Assembly: GCF_009914755.1 (NCBI RefSeq)
Contig: NC_060926.1
Origin: the human T2T-CHM13v2.0 reference genome, Homo sapiens
Length of the DNA: 64,000 bases
Reading direction: 5' to 3' (one strand)
Shown here piece by piece: positions 54,926 to 64,000 of the stretch; position 1 is the stretch's first letter; every line of letters begins with the position of its first letter. The position numbers and the translations under genes were made by a program. Under the pieces are notes generated by a model. It did not search any database and was not told the origin of the DNA. It saw only the letters and a program-made list of their open reading frames with translations.

Positions 54926-54951
54926 CATTAAGGTAGCTAGCTACCTTAATG
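54926..54951. repeat. Perfect 26-bp palindrome
   Basis: cattaaggtagct|agctaccttaatg. Confidence 0.97.
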
Positions 54952-56727
54952 TTCATTCTGTTATATTGCTGGTTGCCATGACAATATCCTCCTAGGTATT
55001 TGTAAGGTCACAAGAAGAAGAGCTAACCCTCTTACTCCTGGAATAACTAATGTGGTTCTGTTACTTGCTTGATGTAAATGGTCTCAAGTGACAGCAAACT
55101 GTACATATAGTCAATTACAACTGCTCAAAGGAAATGATTTGTTGTAACAGCTGCTGTTCAACCTCTGTGACATCAATGTTTCTATGGAAACAGTTGCCTA
55201 TTGCACTGCTTTGAATTGAGTATTGATCAAACTAGGGCCAACACTATTTCAGAGACTTGCTACTTTACTGTGTGGCAATTTACGATAGGAACTCATAACA
55301 TCACTGTATATTTCAAGCCCCAAGGAACCAATTTAGCAGACAGTTACAGTAGAATATTAACAGAGGTCAATAATGGAAGTCTGATTATAGTCCTAGGACA
55401 ATTATTCAATGCTTTTGTTGTCTGCCCTTTCAACATTCCAGCAGCTATTACAGTTTTCAAATAATAATATTCATGCCTGAAGAAAGTGTTATATTCATTC
55501 ATCTTCTATTTTAAACTTGATTTTTCATTGTTATATTATCTATCAATAAAATTATTCAGCTATATTAACCAAGCTATGACCCCTCAGAAGTAAATAACTA
55601 TTGATCAAGAAGTAAAGATCTACTGGTGCACAACACTGTTTTCCATTAATGATCTTATTGGCCCAGCTGATAAGATGGTTTTCTCTGAACAATTGAAGAT
55701 ACAAAGTAAAGAATAACACAGGTCTAAATTCTATGGAAAATAAAAGCTCAATCCCACACCTCTGTTGAAGATTGGATTCTCTAACCTCAGTTGAAAGAGT
55801 AGTGAAAATAAAAGCAATGCCAAGCAAAATCTATCCGTAAGCCCTTCATTCTATGTGATATTTCCATTGTCCATAAATGTTTTATTCAATCTTCTTTGGA
55901 AACAGTCCTCATGATGGTCTCGTCCAACCCTCTCCTTTTACAGATAAGGACACGAGAGTCCTGAAAAGTAACAGGGCCTGTATGATGTCTCTCAGGAAAT
56001 AAATGTTATTCTTACAAGTATATGTGTGAAAAATGTCATGCTGGAAAAAAATCATGATTTACACATTTGTCATTCATCTGAATGAAAACACATGCCAATT
56101 ATCTCTGCTTTAAGATTGATTTGTCAAGGACCTCAGTCAACCAATACTTTAAAATTGTTTATTTCTACCCTTCATCATTCCAAAACAGAATTTGAGGCAC
56201 AGAGTCAATCAGTTCATTGCAGTAACATTGGCCACTGCACAGCTCTTTTTGTGATAGTGAAAATTAATTTTTGCAGCTAAAGTTATAAAACTTCAGAAAG
56301 CACTTGAATAACATGGCTGCATGCCAAAGAAGGGGAGCTATCTATGAATGAAATCTGTTTCAATACATGGATAACAGCTCTAACTTTTTTATTACCATAA
56401 TTGAAAAATTATGGCTTGGAGAATGATTCTTGTCAGGTAATAACAAATTCATCCACCTGCTTGAAAGAAGCTTTTCCATGTCTAAGGGAAAGGATATTCT
56501 CCTAGCTTAGCTATTGATTTTTAAAATCCTACCTGGATAGCTTAAAAATAAAAATCAGTAAAAAAAAAAAAAAGGCCCAGGTAAAGTCTAAAGTCATACT
56601 AAAATAAGTCTGGGTATCATTATACTTTTTAAAAAAATCAACTAAAACTTTAAGTTAGTCTTCCTAATGACAAACATTGTCTACATCAGGAGGCATGTTC
56701 CTTGTTCATACAAAAAATACTGGGCAC

Positions 56728-57078
<351 letters not shown>

Positions 57079-57743
57079 CTAATCCAAAGGTGATATTATT
57101 TAAAAGCATATTAAGTAGAAAGGGGCTAGGACATATCCCTGCTCTACCTCCATTGAGCCACCAAAAGGTCATTAATTGAAGTCATGTTGTTTAATCCTTA
57201 TCTAGAGTCAAAGCAAGAGAAAGGCTCAACAAAATCCCACCAGGAATCTCCATATTTCAACAGCTGACAGTGTAGAGTGGTGAAGGTAATATCAGAGGTC
57301 ACAGAGGAATACCCATTAAAGCCTACTTGCTCCTCAAGCTCCTTGTGATTTTTCAAGGAGGAAATGGAGCTGCATTTTACTTATAAATGTCTTAAGTCCA
57401 CGATCTGTAGGAATCCAAGGTCAAGGCAGGATAAGAAGCTACAAAGCTCAAGGTAGTTAAATAGAGAACAGGGAGTTTCTCAGGTGCCACCAGGAACTAG
57501 GCTTCGCTAACCTCATTATCCAAACCATACACACCTCAAGTAATTACATCTCAGAAATTGCTCTTGTCATTGGACCAAACAGTGAAGGTTAGTTCTACCC
57601 TCACCCTTCCCCAACCAATAGATTACCCATATCTTTAAGTCACTAAAATGATTGCAATGATATTTGAATTTGGTAAGGTTTGGGGTAACCTCTTCTTCCA
57701 ATATTGGTTTCACAATCACCTAACTTTGCCAGGTTTGCTTTTT

Positions 57744-58372
57744 TCCTTTAAAATTTTTTTTTCAATTTGTGTGGGTACATACTAAGTGTATATATTTATG
57801 GGTTACATGAAAATATTTTGATATAGGCATGCAATGCATAATAATCACATCAGAATAAATAAGGTATCCGTCAGCTCAAGCATTTATCCTTTGTTTTTAA
57901 AATAATCCAATTATACGTTCTTAGTTATTTTTAAATGAACAATTATTTTTTTACTATAGTCACCCTGTTGTTCTAGCAAATACTAGGTCTTATTCATTCT
58001 CACTAATTTATTTTTGTACCCATTTATCATCTCCCCTTCCCTCCAACTACCCTTTCCAGGCTCTGGTACCATCCTTCTATTCTCCATCTCCATGAGTTCA
58101 AGTGTTTTAATTTTTAGCTCCCACAGATAAGTGAGAACATGTGATGTTTGTCTTTCTGTGCCTGGCTTATTGCAAATGACAGTATCTCATTCTTTTTTAA
58201 TGGCTGAATAGTACTTCATTGTGTGTATGTTCTACATTTTCTTTATCCATTCATCTGATGATGGACACTTCGATTGCTTCTAAATTTTGGCTATTGTGAA
58301 TAGGGCTGCAATAAACATGGGAGTGCAGATAACTCTTTGATATACTAATTTCCTTGTTTTATGCCAGTATCA
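57744..58372 (-). mobile_element. L1MA-like 3' fragment with internal deletions
   Basis: 17-bp TSD tgccaggtttgcttttt (57727-57743 / 58373-58389). Confidence 0.92.
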
Positions 58373-59424
58373 TGCCAGGTTTGCTTTTTCTATGCAGTAC
58401 TTCTGACCAATAACAGGCTTTGGTAAGGCAAGGCCCCATTTGCAAGGACATAGCCTGGATGTCAGTGGTTTTTAAATGCTTCTCAAATTTATTCATGAAA
58501 GAGTTAGTTCTAAAAGGTCCTCAGAAAATAAACTATCAGTCATAGAACCTGTAAACCTTTGGATCCATTTTATACTTTTCAACTCCCATTGCAATATAAG
58601 GACAGAAAGACCAAGGGTTAAATTTACTGTTTATCACCTATGGAGATATAATGTTTATCGTATTTTTCTGCTTTCTTACGGTGCTAACCAAGACCAAGAT
58701 TCCTCTAAGAACAATAGATATGATCCAACTTTTCAGAAAAAAAAAAATAGAACCACATAGTGTTTTCTTTTAATCAGTCAGGTAAATAAATAAATTCAAG
58801 CTGGGCCTGGGCTTCATTCTATACTGTTCATATCAGTCAAATCAAGGACTATTCAATGCATTCTCTTTTTGGAAGAGAGGTAATCCTTTTCTTAAGATGA
58901 GCTGTCACCACTCACCTTAAACTATTTCTGTGTATCTAACTCATCCTTATCAGTGGAAAGTACTATGCTTCATGTCACTCATTTTGCATCTTTTGGAATT
59001 ATTTGTTGTTTGCAAGCCTGATATCAACTGGTCTACAGAGAAAAGAAAGATGGATTAAGGGCCTTGAAATTACATATGTGAAAAAAGAATGCACTATTAT
59101 ATAGGGGGGAAACCCCTCTTAAGGGCTTAATAAAGCCCAATATGGTCATTGGTTCAGGTATTCTCCAGGCACTTTCTTTTGCCTTTGTAAATTTTTTCTT
59201 TCTCCCACAGAAGTAAACATGGTTTTTTGTTTGCTTGTTTGTTTTTTAAAGTAGGAATTAGGACACCTTGGGGCTCCACATGTTCCAATGTGTAAAGAAC
59301 AGTTGTGCACTCTATAGAACACTCCAGACTCAAAACCAAGAAAAGGATGTGGCTCATCGTGAGTGGGGGCTGGGATAGCAGAAACGGGGAGCTACTAAGA
59401 GAGCTGCTGCTCTTAGAATAATCA

Positions 59425-59668
59425 GGCTGGGCACGGTGGCTCAAGCGTGTAATCCTAGCACTTTGGGAGGCTGAGACAGGTGGATTGATTGAGGCCAGGA
59501 GTTCAAAACCAGGCTGGCCAACATGGTGAAACCCCATCTCTACTAAAAATACAAAAAATTAGGTGGGTGTGGTGGCAGGTGCCTGTAATCCCAGCTACTC
59601 TGGAGGCTGAGGCAGGAGAATTGCTTGAACCTGGGAGGCAAACTCCATTAAAAAAAAAAAAAAGAAGA
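59425..59668 (+). mobile_element. AluS with right-arm internal deletion
   Basis: ggctgggcacggtggctc...aacctgggaggcaaactccattaaaa; TSD agaataatca / agaagaatca. Confidence 0.93.
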
Positions 59669-59680
59669 AGAAGAATCAGA

Positions 59681-59865
59681 CACTGGTTCTCGTCTTTTGC
59701 TGCATATGTTAGAATCCTCCAGGGAGCTTTTTACACTCGCAATTCCCTGGTCCCATCCAAGACTTACTAGATCAAATTCTCTAGATGTGGGACCCAGGCA
59801 TCAGTGGCTTCTTAAAGCTACTCATCTCAAGTGAATCTGATGTGCATCCAAAATTGAGAACTGTG
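59681..59865. mobile_element. MER5A-like hAT-Charlie MITE
   Basis: cactggttctc...ttagaatcctccagggagcttt...tctgatgtgcatccaaaattgagaactgtg. Confidence 0.8.
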
Positions 59866-59902
59866 AAAAAAAATATGCCCAGCTGGAAGTAAATTTTTAC
59901 TT

Positions 59903-61536
59903 GTTTTTTAAAAAGTAGATTTAGGGGTGCAAGTACAGTCATGTTACATGGAAATGTTGCATAGTGGTGATGTCTGGGCTTTAGTGTACATCACCTGAAT
60001 AGTGAACACTGTACCCAATAGGTAGTATATCTCATCCTTCACCCTCCTGCCTATTGGAGTCTCCAATGTCTATTATTCTACTCCACATGTCCATGTGTAC
60101 CCATTGTTTAGCTCCCACTTATAAGTGAGAACATGCAGATTTTGACTCTTTGTTTCTGAATTATTTCAGTTAGGATAATGGTCTCTAGCTCCATCCATGT
60201 TGCTGCAAAAGGCATAGTTTCATTTTTTTTATAGCTGAATAGTATTCTAGGTATATATACCACCTTTTTTAAACCAATTATCTGTTGATGGGCACTTGAT
60301 TCCATGACTTTGCTATTGTGAATAGCACTGTGATAAACCCATGAATACAGATTTTTTTTGATATAATAATTTCTTTTCCTTTGGGTAGAAACCCAGTAGG
60401 GGGGTTTCTGGATTGAAGGGTGGGTCTATTTTTAGTTATTTGAGAAATCTCCATACTGTTTTCCATAGAGGTTGTACTAACTTGCATTCCTACCAACAGT
60501 GTATAAGCATTCCCTTTTCTCTCCATCCTCACCAACATCTGTTGTTTTTTCACTTTTTAAAAATAGCCATTTTGGCTAGTGTAAGATGGTATCTCATTGT
60601 GGTTTTGATTTGGATTTCTTTGAGGATTAGTGATGTGAAGCATCACTTGGTCTTCTTTTGAAAAATGTCTGTTCATGTACTTTGCCCACTTGTTAATGGG
60701 GTTACTTGTTTTTTTCTTGTTAAGCTGTTTGAATACCTTGTAGATTCTGGATATTAGCCCTTTGTTGGATGCATTGTTCATAAATATTGCTCCCATTCTG
60801 TAGGTTGTCTGTTTTCTATGTTATTTATTTTGCTATGTAGAAACTTTTTAGTTTAATTAAGTCCCATTCGTTTTTTTGTTGTTGCTATTGTTGTTGTTGC
60901 ATTTCCTTTTGAGGACTTAGTCACAAATTCTTTGCCTAGGCCAATGAGTTTTTCCTAGGTTTTCTTATAGGATTTTTACAGATTGAGGTCTCACATTTAA
61001 GTCTTTAATCCATCTTAATTTTTGTAGAGTGGTATGGGTCCAGTTTTGTTCTTTTGCATGTGGCTTTCCAATTTTCCAAGCACCATTTATTGAATAGAGC
61101 ATCCTTTCTCTAGCATATATTTTTGTTGAATTTGTTAAAGATTGGTGGCTTTATTTCTGGGTTCTCTATTCTGTTCCATTGATCTATGTGTCCATTTTTA
61201 TACCAGTACCATGCTGTTTTGGTTACTATAGCCTTGTAGTCTAATTTGAAGTCAGGTAATGTGATACCTCCAGATTTATTCTTTTTACTTAGTATTGCTT
61301 TGGCTATTCAGGCTCTTTTTTGTTCCACATGAACTTTAGGATTTTTTTCTAATTCTGTGAAGAATGACTTTGGTAATATAACAGAAATTGTATTGAATCT
61401 GTAGATGGGCAGTATGGTCATTTTAATGATATTAATTCTTCTGATCCATGAACATGGGATGTTTTTCCACTTGTTTGTGTCACCCACAATTTATTTCATC
61501 AGTGTTTTGTAGTTCTCCTTGTAGAGATTCTTTGCT
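59903..61536 (-). mobile_element. L1PB/L1MA-like 5'-truncated L1
   Basis: Minus ORFs resemble the L1 ORF2 C-terminus (KGLISRIYK...[17 protein letters not shown]); TSD-like aatttttactt / aatttctactt. Confidence 0.92.
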
Positions 61537-63108
61537 TAATTTCTACTTTTTCCTCATACCTGTGGTTTGATTCCATCACCCAACCTTTCTTACTAACGAT
61601 CCTTCTACAGCCAGAACAGTTGTTAGAGCACAGAAAATGAGAATTCCCTTAATCATGGAAACAGAGAGACTTGAAAGGATCCTCTAAATGACCATTGTGC
61701 CGAATATTATACTAGGTACCAGTATCCCAATTTCCTAAAAGTGGACATTATCAAATAGAGAAAAGTGATGTTTCTGAAGTGGAATATTGTTGCATTTTTA
61801 AGGTATGGACTCTGGAAACTAGTAGATGTCTCCTTAGCATTAGGCCTGCAGTACTGGTAGTGCCACCTAATGACTATTATCAAATCTCCAAATTAGAGCA
61901 CCTCATTAGCCTGAATAACTGAGACATGTTAAAAAGACTATGTTGTTTAATCTTTTTCTCTGCTCAAAAAACTCTTGATGAAGAGATTAATATCAATTTA
62001 TACTAAACACTTGTTCATTACATTTGCCTATCAAGCCTAAGAAATAAATGCAATTTGAAGCAAGAGTTAAAGAAATTATACATCTGAGGCAAGTTAGTAA
62101 TTACTCCCTACTTGGTGTTATTATGTTATTTAGCCATTCCTTAACTTCCTCTAGCCTTGGTATTATGTTCTGGACCCAAGACAGATATTTTTGAACTATA
62201 TTTTTAGAGCCAATAATCTTAGAACTCACGGAATTTCAGAACCACAAGGACACTTAAGAGATGACTTGATTCAGCCTTCTCACCTGGGGCTTTTGCAGCT
62301 CCAGGCTCTACCATTCTGATAACCTGGGCAACAATTTTGCCAGAGATTACCCTATAGAGAAATGCTCAGCTCAAGCAGGGTAAGTTTTCCTCTCCTCTGT
62401 GCTATACTGTGGAGTGGAGTTCAAACCTGGGTTGTTCAGCCAAAAATTGTTTCAGAATTTAGTAAAAATTTTTGTTTTCCCTTTTATTCTTAGGGTGTAT
62501 ATGAATTTCCAGGGTAGGAATGGGTTCCAGCAACAGCTGTCACATTATACCTGGAACTCCTTACCATCTTTTTCCTGGAGACCTATTGCTAAGTCCACCT
62601 CACGTTCAGCTGCTTCTCCTATGATGAACTACCACTTGGGGCTCTGCTTTCCTTTTTGTGGTTTGGAATCACTGGGTTGCTGCAATTCTGACACTCTTTG
62701 AGTTAATTTTCCAGAAAAAAAAAAAAATCAGTTCATCCTATTAGACAACCCAACAGAGGAAGAAGAGGGCAATGTGACAAGGCTCCACCATAGCTAAATC
62801 TCAGTTTGGGCCTTCCAAGTAGTGTGGCCTGGAGAAGCATATGACTTCCCCATATAAAATGCTTTTAGTGACAGAGATTAAGAACTCAATCCTAGTTATT
62901 AAGATTTCTAGACAGTGCTCTTTCCACTATAATACACGGGCTACTGGTTAGATACAGTGTTGTAATGGTTCAGAGGGAACCAACCATTCTGAGTCAAACT
63001 GTTGTGGATTTTGTACAAAACTCCTTAGAAACTCAGTGCCTGGTGCTCCTGTCAGCCGGAGCAACAGAAGGACCTGAATGACTGGCTTCAAAGTATTCCC
63101 TGACCCTT

Positions 63109-63892
63109 CAGGGATGGTTTTCAACAGAGGAAGCACTAGGGGAGCATTCTGGAAATTTGAAGAGAGGAACATATTTGATCGTCACAATAACCAGTGAGGA
63201 GAGCAATACTGAAATTGTTGGCCAGAGTCAGGGCTGATAGACATCTTGCAAATCATGAGACAGCCCTACTCAACAAAGAATTGTTCCACATCCTGAATGA
63301 TGTTTAAATGTCCCACTGGACATGCATGTGAGTAAACTACCTATTTGAAATCATCTGAGCCTGGAATCCACCTCCATTTTACACGTAATCACAAATAATT
63401 TATCACGTGATTCTAATATACGCTGAATTTTCTGGAAATGCAACTAGTATGAAAATGGAAAAAAGATAATCTCTTGTTTGGAACTTGACTAAGAGGTGTT
63501 CATCATTTTTTTAGATGCTTATCATTTTGAATATCACCAATGGCAGTGCCACTCATGGCATTTGAGTCACCAGTATACACGGCCTTATGGTCTGAATTCA
63601 TAGGTGTTGCACCCATGGACATTCTATGTGTGTGTGCAGACACCTGGTTACTTCATTGCAGCTTGTGCCGTCATGCCCAAGCATTTACATATTGAAATTA
63701 TTACGAATTACTTTATTATAAATGCTTTGCTTTTATACGTTACAAAATTAACAAAAAGTCCCCTTTATACCACAATTAAGGCATTATTTTTAAAAATTGT
63801 GTCTGTAAGTAAGTAGAAATTTCAAGATAAGAAAGGAATCATTACAAAAATACTGGTGTTTAAAAGGGGGTGCAGGTGGTTGAATCCACTAG
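63109..63892. mobile_element. MER20B-like hAT-Charlie element
   Basis: gatggttttcaac...gtcacaa...acatcttgcaa...gacagccc...caacaaagaattgttcc; terminal ggttgaatccactag. Confidence 0.7.
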
Positions 63893-64000
63893 GATATCTT
63901 CCACTACCTGCTAACTCCTACTGCCCAACCCTGTATCTGCAAGGCAGGCCAGCCTCATGCAATTTCTTCAGCTCCTCAAATTTGTCCCTGTAAAGTACTT

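Noticed and set aside
60108-60796. ORF2p-like peptides as an active L1
   Set aside because: Frameshifted, 5'-truncated fossil

Overview
This window is primate (most likely human) nuclear DNA, intronic or intergenic, AT-rich and CpG-depleted. Roughly half of it is recognisable interspersed repeat: Alu (J, S and Y types), L1 of several ages, L2, L3/CR1, MIR, MaLR solo LTRs (MST, MLT1, THE1), a MER21-like LTR and DNA-transposon fossils (MADE1, MER5, MER20B, MER63, Tigger3-like). I found no convincing protein-coding gene, RNA gene, CRISPR array or prokaryotic feature. The supplied ORFs are repeat-derived or of random length, apart from degraded L1 ORF1/ORF2 remnants. I cannot support a new multi-gene biological system here. 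The most notable observations are: a 118-bp gapless inverted duplication that copies an L1/MST-LTR junction (templated insertion); a 12-nt frame-preserving microexon candidate with strong splice signals at 15412-15423; a perfect 26-bp palindrome within a cluster of short inverted repeats in unique DNA; a MADE1 (miR-548-type) hairpin; and an ~12-kb nested retrotransposon stack datable by target-site duplications (TSDs). Subfamily names come from recalled consensus sequences and need RepeatMasker/Dfam confirmation. Boundaries of old repeats are approximate.
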